From an uncultured bacterium (lineage in GTDB: Bacteria > Desulfobacterota_D > UBA1144), in NCBI GenBank assembly GCA_913050245.1, contig CAJWZJ010000001.1:118617-182616 (forward strand): a stretch of DNA of 64,000 nt, in the 5' to 3' direction. Shown one piece after another: positions 10,465 to 19,718 of this stretch; positions within the stretch are counted from its first letter, which is position 1, and every line of letters starts with the position of its first letter. The notes beneath the pieces are model-generated. The model was not told the DNA's origin, made no database searches, and saw only the letters and a program-made list of their open reading frames with translations. Both the position numbers and the translations under genes were made by a program.

Positions 10465-11079
10465 TTAGTTGATGAAATTACAAAAATTTTTAAAACTGCA
10501 GAGATGGCATTTTGGTTTTTTGGCTTTACAAATTGATTTACCAAAAAAATTAAATAAATTAGAAAAATTTGTATGATTTTTCTTGGGAATATTATTAGAA
10601 ATAATATATTCAATTAATTTATTGTTTTGATTTTGATTTATAAATCCTATTCTGTTTAAAACTCTGGTCATATGAGTATCGACCATTATGAAGTTATTTT
10701 TTTTAATTAATGTTAGAAATTTTTTTGAAGATTTATCACCCATGCCAGGAATTTTAATTAAGCTACTATAATCCTCAGGTATATTTGAATTATAATTTTT
10801 ACAAATAAACTTCGAGGCACTAATTAATCTTTGAGTTTTTTGTTTGAAAAAACCAATGTCATGTATCAGATTTTGCAAATCACTTTCATGTGCTTTGCTG
10901 AGAGAAGATAAATTAGGAAAATTATCAACTACCCTATCTCCAATTTTATTAGCACTAAAGCCTGAAGCTCGTGATGAAAGTATAAGCTTAACTAGGAGCT
11001 CAAATTTACTTTTAAACAAGAAATCTTCTTTATAAATAAGAGATGAATTTAACTCATCATAAAAATAGGTTAAGTCCAC
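10465..11079 (-). CDS. nth: Endonuclease III (HhH-GPD DNA glycosylase)
   Basis: HhH-GPD region IPGMGDKSSKKF...VDTHMTRV and the [4Fe-4S] cluster loop C-x6-C-x2-C-x5-C (CKAKKPKCHLCSFKNFC) are present. The gene uses a GTG start. Confidence 0.8.
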   Translation of the reverse strand: MDLTYFYDELNSSLIYKEDFLFKSKFELLVKLILSSRASGFSANKIGDRVVDNFPNLSSLSKAHESDLQNLIHDIGFFKQKTQRLISASKFICKNYNSNIPEDYSSLIKIPGMGDKSSKKFLTLIKKNNFIMVDTHMTRVLNRIGFINQNQNNKLIEYIISNNIPKKNHTNFSNLFNFFGKSICKAKKPKCHLCSFKNFCNFIN

Positions 11080-11087
11080 TTTAAGAC

Positions 11088-11351
11088 TTAACCTTTTCTT
11101 TCTGCTGGACTTAAATCATCATATGTGACACTTGAAGCTTTTTCAATGAAAGATGCCCATTTATCAGGCAATTCATCTTCATGAGAAATAGCATTTACCG
11201 GGCACGGGTCAACACATGCACCACAGTCAATACACTCTTCAGGGTTGATAACCAGTTGATCATCAATTTCATAAATACAATCAACAGGACAAGCTTCAAC
11301 ACAAGATTTATCTTTTACGTCTACACATGGTTCAGCTATAACATATGGCAT
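11088..11351 (-). CDS. fdxA: Ferredoxin (FdxA-like, 7Fe type)
   Basis: Motifs CxxxxxxCxxxCP and CxxCxxCxxxCP are present in 87 aa. A strong AGGAGG RBS lies upstream. Confidence 0.8.
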   Translation of the reverse strand: MPYVIAEPCVDVKDKSCVEACPVDCIYEIDDQLVINPEECIDCGACVDPCPVNAISHEDELPDKWASFIEKASSVTYDDLSPAERKG

Positions 11352-11447
11352 AATAACAACCTCCTCACCTTATAAATCAGATTTTAACTAATCAAAAATC
11401 AATATCAACATCTGGACATAAGGGGTCTAGGAAGTCTTAATATAGAA

Positions 11448-11756
11448 CTATTCTATGTCTGAAACTTCTTCTTTCTTTTCAATTGACCTAACTTTTTCTT
11501 CAATAATTGTTTTTTTATCATACTTTAAATATAAAAAACCTAGGGCTAAACTTGTTACAAAAAAAATAATTCCTAGCCATATTGTTAATTTTCTCAAGAA
11601 AGATGATGAATCGGCTCCAAAAACTGATTCAGATGATCCACCAAACATTGAACCTAGATCATCAGTTTTTGATGGTTGAAATAAAACTGAAAGAACAAGC
11701 AGAACTGATACCCCTGCATGAAAAATAATTAAGCTTTCTTTTAATGTTTCAATCAT
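11448..11756 (-). CDS. secG: Preprotein translocase subunit SecG
   Basis: Two TM helices flank a glycine-rich loop (GSMFGGSSESVFG). The track start at 11768 is TTG; the ATG (MIETLK) is at 11756. Confidence 0.75.
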   Translation of the reverse strand: MIETLKESLIIFHAGVSVLLVLSVLFQPSKTDDLGSMFGGSSESVFGADSSSFLRKLTIWLGIIFFVTSLALGFLYLKYDKKTIIEEKVRSIEKKEEVSDIE

Positions 11757-12516
11757 TCGAGTTTCCAACCTTTAATACAATATCACAAAATTTATCACAA
11801 TCTAGGCTAGCATTTCCAACCAATACTCCATCAACATTATTAAGAGTCATGATAGAAGAAATATTTGCATTATTAACACTGCCACCATAAACAATTCTAG
11901 GAAGAATTTTTGAATCTGGGTACATCAATTTTAATTGATCAAAAATAAAATCATGAACTTCGTTTATGTCAGAAATCTCGGCTGCTTTACCTGAACCGAT
12001 AACCCAAACAGGTTCATACCCAATAACTATCTGATTTAGAAAATTTGCACTCACATCTCTCAACGCCCTTTTAAGCTGATCACCGATCTTATTGAAAGTT
12101 TTTCCTTGCCTTCTCTCTTCATATGACTCTCCAACACAACAAATTATATTAAGATCATTATTACAACTTAATAAGATTTTTTTATTTATCATTTCATTTG
12201 TCTCAAGAATATGTTGTCTCCTCTCCGAATGTCCTATCATCACCCATTTGCATCCTACATCTTTTAACATTTGTGGTGAAATCTCTCCTGTATAAGGGCC
12301 ATTATTTTCATAAAATACATTTTGTGAAGATAGCTGGATATGTGAACCTTCTAAAAATTTACTTATTTCATATAAATAAACTCCTGGTGGTGCTATAACA
12401 ATATCCAAGTTGTTAAAAAATAAATTAGCTTTTTGAATATCATTTATTAATCGCAAACTAGATTTAATATCAAGATTCATTTTCCAGTTTGCAAAGACTA
12501 ACTTTCTATTTTCCAT
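11749..12516 (-). CDS. tpiA: Triosephosphate isomerase
   Basis: Motifs ANWKMN, IGHSERR and IGYEPVWVIGSGK are present. Confidence 0.9.
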   Translation of the reverse strand: MENRKLVFANWKMNLDIKSSLRLINDIQKANLFFNNLDIVIAPPGVYLYEISKFLEGSHIQLSSQNVFYENNGPYTGEISPQMLKDVGCKWVMIGHSERRQHILETNEMINKKILLSCNNDLNIICCVGESYEERRQGKTFNKIGDQLKRALRDVSANFLNQIVIGYEPVWVIGSGKAAEISDINEVHDFIFDQLKLMYPDSKILPRIVYGGSVNNANISSIMTLNNVDGVLVGNASLDCDKFCDIVLKVGNSND

Positions 12517-12537
12517 ATTAACATTAAACCATAAAAT

Positions 12538-13695
12538 CTATTTATTGTATTTCTTTAAATATTTTGAAAGCAAATTCATTCCTTCTTTAACCTCTTCATA
12601 GCTTGAAGCATATGAAATTCTTACAAATTTTTTATACCTTTTACCAAAATCAATTCCTGGAGCTAAAGCTAATCCAACCTTGTTTAATATTTCTTTACAT
12701 AAATTAAGTGAGTTATTTGTATATTTACTCATATCGCAAAATATATAGAATGCTGAATCTGGTTCATATTCAAATTTTATTTCTATATCTTTTAATTTTT
12801 TTAAAACAAAATTTCTATTCTTTTTATACTTATTAATAAGTTTTTTTTTCTCGTTTACTGATATATCAAAAGTGCTTAATGCTGCATGCTGAGATATTGT
12901 TGGCGCACAAATGAACATATTCTGCTGTAATTTTTGCGCATATCTTACCATCTTTACAGGTAATACTATGTATCCTAATCTCCAACCAGTCATTGAATAT
13001 AATTTAGAGAAGCCATTTACTACTATTGGCTTGTTTGGATTATGCTTTAGAATTGATGTTACTTGATAATCAATGCTCAATCCTTGATATATCTCGTCAC
13101 TAATTATTTGAATTTTAAGTTTACAGAGTTTTTTTAGTACTTCTTCTGACTGGGATACTCCAGTTGGATTAGCAGGTGTGTTTACTATCAAAGCCTTTGT
13201 TTTTGTAGTTAAACTTTTTTTTAGTTCATCAATATCAATCTGATAATTATCTTTCTCATAAGTATTAAAAATTTTTATTTTTCTACCAAGAATTTTGAGT
13301 ATCTGCGGATAGCAAGGATAATGTGGACTAATTATTATTATTTCATCATTCTTCTTAGTTGCAGTCAATATAGACAATAGGATTGCAGCAGAGCTTCCAG
13401 TAGTTAGAAGTATCCTATCAGGATCAATATTTATTTTAAATTTCTTCTTATAATCTTTTGAAATTCTAGTCCTCAGTTCTAATATTCCAAGACTATTAGT
13501 ATATTTATATTTCTTACTTGATATGGCTTTATTTGCAGATAGTAGAATTTTACTATCAACTTCTTCAGTTGGTTCACCTATTTCTAAGTGAATAATTTTT
13601 TTACCTTTTCTCTCTATTTTTTGTGCCTCTTCTAGTATTTCCATCACATAAAATGGGCTTATTGGGGTATTATTTATATAACTCATTAAATACAT
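12538..13695 (-). CDS. Class I/II PLP-dependent aminotransferase (AspC-like)
   Basis: The PLP-lysine region FSKLYSMTGWRLGY is present. The track start at 13830 is TTG and crosses the rpmB promoter and start; the ATG at 13695 or 13686 (MYLMSYINN) is more plausible. Confidence 0.75.
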   Translation of the reverse strand: MYLMSYINNTPISPFYVMEILEEAQKIERKGKKIIHLEIGEPTEEVDSKILLSANKAISSKKYKYTNSLGILELRTRISKDYKKKFKINIDPDRILLTTGSSAAILLSILTATKKNDEIIIISPHYPCYPQILKILGRKIKIFNTYEKDNYQIDIDELKKSLTTKTKALIVNTPANPTGVSQSEEVLKKLCKLKIQIISDEIYQGLSIDYQVTSILKHNPNKPIVVNGFSKLYSMTGWRLGYIVLPVKMVRYAQKLQQNMFICAPTISQHAALSTFDISVNEKKKLINKYKKNRNFVLKKLKDIEIKFEYEPDSAFYIFCDMSKYTNNSLNLCKEILNKVGLALAPGIDFGKRYKKFVRISYASSYEEVKEGMNLLSKYLKKYNK

Positions 13696-13783
13696 TTTAT
13701 TTAAATTAAAATAAAAAGATATAAAAAAAATTGTTTTGATTAAATAATATAGGTAGTATAAGTACTTTAAATTGGAGTAAGAA

Positions 13784-14074
13784 ATGTCAAAAATATGTTT
13801 TTTAACAGGTAAAAGATTCATGACAGGCAATAATGTTAGTCATGCTAATAATAAAACAAAAAGAAAATTCAATGTTAATTTACACGCTGTAACTTTAAAT
13901 AGTGATGCATTAAAAGAAAAATTCAAAGTTAAAATTGCATCTAGTACAATGAGGACTGTAAATAAGTATGGTGGATTTGATCGCTTTTTACTCGATTCAG
14001 ATAATTCAAAATTATCAGCTGAAGCAATTAAGATAAAAAATAAAATATCTAAGAAACTTAGTCCAAACCGCTAG
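13784..14074 (+). CDS. rpmB: 50S ribosomal protein L28
   Basis: 96-aa basic protein with the L28 N-terminus MSKICFLTGK and motif RKFNVNL. A GGAG RBS lies upstream. Confidence 0.85.
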   Translation: MSKICFLTGKRFMTGNNVSHANNKTKRKFNVNLHAVTLNSDALKEKFKVKIASSTMRTVNKYGGFDRFLLDSDNSKLSAEAIKIKNKISKKLSPNR

Positions 14075-14075
14075 T

Positions 14076-14582
14076 TTATTTGCTTTTAAATTCTTTATCA
14101 ATCTTTTTGAAAAAAATATCTTTTCTTATTTTAGGTAATCTATCAGGAAACAAAATTCCATCTAAATGATCCAATTCATGTTGATAAACTATGGATTGCA
14201 TGTCATTAAACTCTTCGCTTTTTTCGGCTCCTTCTAAGTCTGTATAAGAAACAAATATATTATTCTTTCTTTTAATATAATCATAATGACCAGGAATACT
14301 TAAACATCCCTCTTTAGATTCAACCTCTTTATCTTCTTCTATTATTTCAGGATTTATAAAGACTAATATGTTGTCATTATTATCATTAGAAAAATCTTTG
14401 GTTATAAACAATCTTTGATTTATTCCTACCTGTGGAGCTGCCAAACCTATACCTTTATTTTGATTCATTATTTCTTCCATCTTATGAATCAAGCTCAATA
14501 TTGAGTCATTAATACTCTCTACGTTGGTAGATTTTTTCCTCAAAACCCTATCAGGGTAAATTTTTAATGAAATTTTAGTCAT
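14076..14582 (-). CDS. def: Peptide deformylase
   Basis: Motifs GIGLAAPQVG, EGCLSIPG and HELDHLDG are present. Confidence 0.9.
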   Translation of the reverse strand: MTKISLKIYPDRVLRKKSTNVESINDSILSLIHKMEEIMNQNKGIGLAAPQVGINQRLFITKDFSNDNNDNILVFINPEIIEEDKEVESKEGCLSIPGHYDYIKRKNNIFVSYTDLEGAEKSEEFNDMQSIVYQHELDHLDGILFPDRLPKIRKDIFFKKIDKEFKSK

Positions 14583-14862
14583 TTTCTAAATTATTCAATT
14601 TATATAATAGTTCTTTGCTAGGCCTAAACAATGGAAGAATTTTTTCAGGCACATTTACACTTTCGCCTGTTTTAGGGTTTCTACCCAAATATGATTTATA
14701 TTCTTTTTTAAAAAAACTTCCAAATCCTCTTATTTCAACCCTATCATTCATAGATATAGCTTTAGACATTGATTCAATTAATGTTGAAACTACAGCCTGA
14801 GAAACTTCAACTTCTAGTTTGAATATATTAAGAATTTTGTCTTCAATTTCAGATTTAAGCAT
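14575..14862 (-). CDS. HU/IHF-family DNA-binding protein
   Basis: 95-aa protein with the arm motif RGFGSF...GRNPKTGE. Confidence 0.8.
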   Translation of the reverse strand: MLKSEIEDKILNIFKLEVEVSQAVVSTLIESMSKAISMNDRVEIRGFGSFFKKEYKSYLGRNPKTGESVNVPEKILPLFRPSKELLYKLNNLEND

Positions 14863-14915
14863 AGATTATTTTTAATTTTATAATTAAATATGTCAAGAAA
14901 ATAGTTGTATTATAT

Positions 14916-14987
14916 TGCCCTCGCCGGGAATCGAACCCAGAACTAGGGATTAGGAATCCCTTGTTATATCCGTTTAACTACGAGGAC
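14916..14987 (-). tRNA. tRNA-Arg (anticodon CCT)
   Basis: Hand-folded cloverleaf. The acceptor stem GTCCTCG pairs with CGAGGGC, the anticodon stem AGGGA/TCCCT encloses loop TTCCTAA, and a T-arm GGTTCGATTCC is present. No encoded CCA. Coordinates are +/-2. Confidence 0.7.
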
Positions 14988-15025
14988 AAATTTAACATTC
15001 AAAGAATTTAGTATAAATTAATATT

Positions 15026-15319
15026 ATGGCAATAAATCATACACCATTCTTTGTTGAAATTTTTAATAAATTTACAAAACAGTTCACCAAGGAACTTTTG
15101 GTTGATGCTGAATCTTATGATAATGCTATCCAAAAGACGATATCGATCGCAGGAATTGATCCATTAAATTTTGATATAAAGGCTCAAGAAGCAAGTATTG
15201 AGCAAGCAACTGGTTGGTTAGAAGAAAAGTTCCCTTCTGGAGAATTCAAGCATGTGGTTTTGGATGAAGAGAATGGAGTTTATGAACTAATTTATAATCC
15301 AATGGGGAATATATATTAA
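15026..15319 (+). CDS. Hypothetical small acidic protein (97 aa)
   Basis: Only the ORF and its codon usage support this call. Its stop overlaps the rpmJ stop. Confidence 0.35.
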   Translation: MAINHTPFFVEIFNKFTKQFTKELLVDAESYDNAIQKTISIAGIDPLNFDIKAQEASIEQATGWLEEKFPSGEFKHVVLDEENGVYELIYNPMGNIY

Positions 15320-15465
15320 AGCTTGTTTCGTTTTTTTTTGTAACCTTGTCTAACTTTGAATCTTGGATCAGATTTGCAAATAACGTATATTCTGCCTCTT
15401 CTTTTAACAACTTGGCAGTCTGGGTGTCTATGTTTCATAGAACCAATAGAACTTACAACTTTCAT
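15316..15465 (-). CDS. rpmJ: 50S ribosomal protein L36 (not in the ORF track, 49 aa)
   Basis: Translation gives [49 protein letters not shown]. This matches the alphaproteobacterial zinc-less L36 form (DCQ.VKRRG...NPRFKA.QG). Coordinates are +/-1. Confidence 0.75.
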   Translation of the reverse strand: MKVVSSIGSMKHRHPDCQVVKRRGRIYVICKSDPRFKVRQGYKKKRNKL

Positions 15466-15509
15466 AGGTCTTTATTTAAACTCATTTAATATTTGATGTC
15501 AAATATTTT

Positions 15510-17459
15510 TTAAATTTCTTCTATTTTATTCTCGTCATTAATTGATAGAGTTAAGGCTAATTCATGAAAATTATTAAGATTCGCTTTATGTCCTACACTG
15601 ATATATTTTATTTTAAATTTATTAAGTAATTCATATGCGTTCTTCTCGTTATTCTCATCTAATGCACTTGTAGATTCATCAAGTATCACAAATTTAGGCT
15701 TATTTAAAAGTATTCTAACAAAGCCAAGTCTTTGCTGTTCTCCAACAGAAAGTAATCTTGACCAATCTTTAACAGAATCAAGTCCATGGTCTTTAATTAG
15801 ATGTTCTAATGACAAGCTATTTAAGGCTTCGGTTATCTCTTGAATTGAGAATTCACCTTTAGATTTAGGGTAACAAATTTGTTCTTCTAATGTCCCTAGA
15901 TTCATATAAGGCTTTTGTGGGAGGAACATAATATTTGTATAATCAGGTTTAAAAACTTTACCTTTACCAAAAGTCCACAAACCGGCAATTGACCTCAATA
16001 GAGAGCTTTTACCAACACCACTCTGACCTCTAATCAATAAATTTTTATCTTTCAAGTCAAAATTCAAATTACTGATCAAGTATTTATCTGTTCCAGGAGT
16101 CTTGATAAATAAATTTTTGACAGAAATATTATTTGATGTTTCGTACTGAATTGATTCATCAGACTTGTTACTGATCAATGGAACTTCATTAAGGGATTTA
16201 TCAAAGTTTCCTAATCTAAATATACTAGCTGAAAAAGAAGAGATTTTTTCAATTTGATTAGTCACAATTGATAAGGCACCAAAAACTTGAAAAAATGCAA
16301 TCCATGCTTGAGTTATAGTTCCAAAATCAATCTCATTAGCAAAATAAAGTGGTGCAACTAATATATAGACTGGGAATCTCATCAGGTTTGAATACATAAA
16401 CTGAAATAGATCTATTATTGATTGCCAAATTATTAATAAATCAAAATTCTTCAATGCTTTATAAAAAATTTGAATAACATTCTTTTTTTCTTTCCTTTCA
16501 CCCCTATAGAAAGCAATTGATTCCGAATTATCTCTAACATGAACCATGCTATATCTAAAGTCAGCTTCTAGTCTAAGCTGATCATAATATATTCTTATCA
16601 TTCTTTTACCAGTTATTATGGCTATCCAAGTTCCAATAAATACATAAATAATTAAGCCTAAAGTTAGAGTCTTTGATATAGACCAAAGTATTGCGCTAAA
16701 TGAAACTACAGTTAAAACTGCATATAAAGTATCTATTAGAAAATCTAAAGTAACTGATGTAAAATGTTTTATATCTTCTGATATTCTTTGATCGGGGTTA
16801 TCAATATCCGCCATACCAGAATTAGAATCAAGTAAGTAATAGCATCTTTGATTGAAATATCTTGATATAAAGTTATCAGTTAGCCATTCTCTCCAATATC
16901 TTCCAAACTTAAGCCTTGTAAATCTATAAGAAGCAATCACTGGTACTGCGAAAAGAACAACTATTCCATATACCCAGAGAAATTCCCAAAAAACTTTTTC
17001 TTCCCTTGTATTAAGAGAAGTATCTATAAACCTAAAAATATAACTAAGAGCTACATTAAGACCAGTAACGGAGAAAAGCAATAAAAGTATAATAAATAGC
17101 AAAATCCAAGGTCTTAACTTGTCCTTAAGATTTTTTGAATTTATAAAAAAGAAATAGCTACTAGTTAATAAAATTGTAACTGATATATATATCAATTCCT
17201 TCTTTTTGAGGCTTTCAACATATGTTTTAAAGTTTGGAGCTAAATCATTTATAAAGCTTGGGAATAATATCTCAGTAATAAATCCCAAAAAAATTAAGAA
17301 AAAATGGCTAATCGAAATAACTGCCAGAATAGAGAGTATTACTAGTGAGAGTAGAATCCACCTAGAGTTTTTAATTTGAGTAGGAAAAAAGTATGGCTGA
17401 GCTGTATTAATAAATCTCTCTAAAAGCTCTTTGTTAAAATTAAATTTTTGATTACTCAT
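15510..17459 (-). CDS. Fused ABC transporter permease/ATPase, SbmA/BacA-YddA-like
   Basis: An N-terminal six-helix TM domain is followed by an ABC ATPase with Walker A GQSGVGKSS, signature LSVGEQQRLGF and Walker B VILDESTSALD. Confidence 0.75.
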   Translation of the reverse strand: MSNQKFNFNKELLERFINTAQPYFFPTQIKNSRWILLSLVILSILAVISISHFFLIFLGFITEILFPSFINDLAPNFKTYVESLKKKELIYISVTILLTSSYFFFINSKNLKDKLRPWILLFIILLLLFSVTGLNVALSYIFRFIDTSLNTREEKVFWEFLWVYGIVVLFAVPVIASYRFTRLKFGRYWREWLTDNFISRYFNQRCYYLLDSNSGMADIDNPDQRISEDIKHFTSVTLDFLIDTLYAVLTVVSFSAILWSISKTLTLGLIIYVFIGTWIAIITGKRMIRIYYDQLRLEADFRYSMVHVRDNSESIAFYRGERKEKKNVIQIFYKALKNFDLLIIWQSIIDLFQFMYSNLMRFPVYILVAPLYFANEIDFGTITQAWIAFFQVFGALSIVTNQIEKISSFSASIFRLGNFDKSLNEVPLISNKSDESIQYETSNNISVKNLFIKTPGTDKYLISNLNFDLKDKNLLIRGQSGVGKSSLLRSIAGLWTFGKGKVFKPDYTNIMFLPQKPYMNLGTLEEQICYPKSKGEFSIQEITEALNSLSLEHLIKDHGLDSVKDWSRLLSVGEQQRLGFVRILLNKPKFVILDESTSALDENNEKNAYELLNKFKIKYISVGHKANLNNFHELALTLSINDENKIEEI

Positions 17460-17486
17460 ATACCGATAGATTATCTATTAAATATT

Positions 17487-18296
17487 TTATTTAAACAACT
17501 TTGTATTAAAGATTGAAAAAATTATCAACGCTATTAATACCATTGATAATGTTAATAATTGGGCAACATTTAGAAATCCAGTATTTAAAACTGTATTAGG
17601 TACTTTTATAAATTCAATGAAAAATCTCGATACAGAAATATAAGATATTATTATTAATGATAGCCTCCCAGGTCTATCTATTGAATTACTTTTATGGATA
17701 AGCCTTACAATAAAGAAAATAATTATATAGAGAAACGCTTCTATTAATTGCGCGGGATATCTCGGAACTAAATCATAATATGGGAATACAAAACAAAAAA
17801 ATCTTTCACATTCAATACCAACAATTTCGGAATTAAAGAAATTCCCTATTCTTATAAGAGCCATTAAAACTAAGGAATAGTAGAATGTATAATCTAAAAT
17901 TCTCAGTTTATCTTTTTTAGTAAAAGTTTGATTATCAAAATAAAAAAGTGCAAAAATAAACCCGAATATACCACCGTGGCTTGATAAACCTTGATAACCT
18001 TTAAATGAAAATTCTTCTAAACTTATTGGAAGCAAAATCTCAAGAACGTTGTCAGAATAATAGCTAAATTCATAAAATAAACAATGAAATATCCTTGAAA
18101 AAATAAGGGTTGAAATGACCATTTTGATTAACAAGCTTTCTAGCTTAATCTTTCTTTCTGAAAATAATTTAGAAACATTAATGAAGACAAATAATAATCC
18201 TAAGGCAAATAAAAGTGAATAGTATCTAAATTGAAATATTTCTGAATAAAAAATAAAAGGTGAAAAATCCCAGTAATAATAATTAGTAGTATACAT
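17487..18296 (-). CDS. lgt: Prolipoprotein diacylglyceryl transferase
   Basis: Polytopic membrane protein with Lgt-like motifs RYPAQLIEAFLY (the HP.QLYE box) and IRIGNFFNSEIVG (GRxGNFxNxE). Confidence 0.7.
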   Translation of the reverse strand: MYTTNYYYWDFSPFIFYSEIFQFRYYSLLFALGLLFVFINVSKLFSERKIKLESLLIKMVISTLIFSRIFHCLFYEFSYYSDNVLEILLPISLEEFSFKGYQGLSSHGGIFGFIFALFYFDNQTFTKKDKLRILDYTFYYSLVLMALIRIGNFFNSEIVGIECERFFCFVFPYYDLVPRYPAQLIEAFLYIIIFFIVRLIHKSNSIDRPGRLSLIIISYISVSRFFIEFIKVPNTVLNTGFLNVAQLLTLSMVLIALIIFSIFNTKLFK

Positions 18297-18298
18297 AT

Positions 18299-18808
18299 TT
18301 AAAGATTCTCTTTTAATTCAACTTGGAATCTTTTTTCTTCCATTTGCTGCCTTTTTCTTATTTCTTGACCAATATCATAATTCTTTTGATCTTTTATTGT
18401 TTCAACTATGAGCTCAGGCACAACAACGGGTATGCCCTCTTTATCTATAGCAACAAAGCAGAAATATGCTCTGGAGCAAACTATCTTGTCCTCAGTATAT
18501 TCTTCTTTGGTAACTTTAGTCTTTACTATTAAAGACTTTGTGCCAGTCCAAATAACTCTTGAGGTAATCTCAATTATATCGCCTTTATTAATTGGCTTAT
18601 AGAATTGCATGTCTTCTATGGAAGCTGTGACAGCCTTAGTCCCTGTATATCTCCTAGCACATATCCCCCCAACCATATCCATTAATTCAATTAATCTTCC
18701 GCCATACATAGTTCCAAAATCATTAGTATCATTTGGGAATACCATTAAGCTAGACCTAGCCTCTGAACTCTTTCTTTTAAGTCTATCAATATTTTTATTC
18801 TTTATCAT
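18299..18808 (-). CDS. Acyl-CoA thioesterase (hotdog fold, YciA-like)
   Basis: The N-terminal motif MVFPNDTNDFGTMYGGRLIELMD is typical of the BFIT/YciA family. Length is 169 aa. Confidence 0.75.
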   Translation of the reverse strand: MIKNKNIDRLKRKSSEARSSLMVFPNDTNDFGTMYGGRLIELMDMVGGICARRYTGTKAVTASIEDMQFYKPINKGDIIEITSRVIWTGTKSLIVKTKVTKEEYTEDKIVCSRAYFCFVAIDKEGIPVVVPELIVETIKDQKNYDIGQEIRKRQQMEEKRFQVELKENL

Positions 18809-18872
18809 TTTTTAATATTACCTTTTTTTACATAAAATTTTTTAATTTTAGATTAACAATTATAATAAATAT

Positions 18873-19718
18873 ATGAAAAAATTCACATCTACAAAAGAAT
18901 ATGTAACAACTCCTGATTTAGAGCTTGCAGTTAACTCTTCAGTCACACTCGAAAAACCCTTGTTGGTTAAAGGTGAGCCTGGTACAGGTAAAACCTTGCT
19001 AGCTGAAGAAATTGCAAAGTCATTAGATACAGAGATTATCAAATGGCATATTAAATCAACAACAAAAGCACAGCAAGGTCTTTATGAGTATGATGCTATT
19101 ACAAGACTAAGGGATTCTCAATTAGGTGATTCCAGAGTTAAAGATATTTCAAACTATATTGTAAAAGGAAAGTTGTGGGAGGCTTTCACAGCAAATAAAA
19201 AGGTTGTGCTTTTAATTGATGAAATAGATAAAGCAGATATTGAGTTTCCTAATGATCTTCTTCAAGAGTTAGACAGAATGGAATTTTATGTTTATGAAAC
19301 AAAAGAAAATATAGTTGCAAAGAATAGACCAATTGTAGTCATCACAAGCAATAATGAAAAAGAATTACCAGATGCTTTTTTAAGGAGATGTATTTTCCAT
19401 TATATTAATTTTCCTGATAAAAAGACAATGGAAGAAATAGTAAATGTTCATTTTCCTAAAATTAAAAAGAAACTCCTATCAGAGGCATTAAATATTTTCT
19501 TTGATCTTAGAGAAGTTCCTAATTTAAAGAAATACCCTTCTACATCTGAGCTAATTGATTGGATTAAATTATTACTATCAGACGATATACCTAGGGATAT
19601 TTTATTAGAAAGAGATCAAACAAAAGCAATTCCTCCTTTACATGGTGCTTTATTAAAAAATGAGCAAGATGTTCAAATGCTTGAAAGACTTAGATTTATG
19701 TTAAGAAGAGAAAATTAA
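18873..19718 (+). CDS. MoxR-family AAA+ ATPase
   Basis: Walker A GEPGTGKT, Walker B LLIDEIDKA and sensor VITSNNE are present. Length is 281 aa. Confidence 0.85.
   Translation: MKKFTSTKEYVTTPDLELAVNSSVTLEKPLLVKGEPGTGKTLLAEEIAKSLDTEIIKWHIKSTTKAQQGLYEYDAITRLRDSQLGDSRVKDISNYIVKGKLWEAFTANKKVVLLIDEIDKADIEFPNDLLQELDRMEFYVYETKENIVAKNRPIVVITSNNEKELPDAFLRRCIFHYINFPDKKTMEEIVNVHFPKIKKKLLSEALNIFFDLREVPNLKKYPSTSELIDWIKLLLSDDIPRDILLERDQTKAIPPLHGALLKNEQDVQMLERLRFMLRREN

Noticed and set aside
13696-13830. N-terminal extensions of several track ORFs (aminotransferase to 13830, ugd to 10464, secG to 11768).
   Set aside because: The extensions begin with TTG and translate promoter or neighbouring-gene sequence; downstream ATGs give canonical N-termini.
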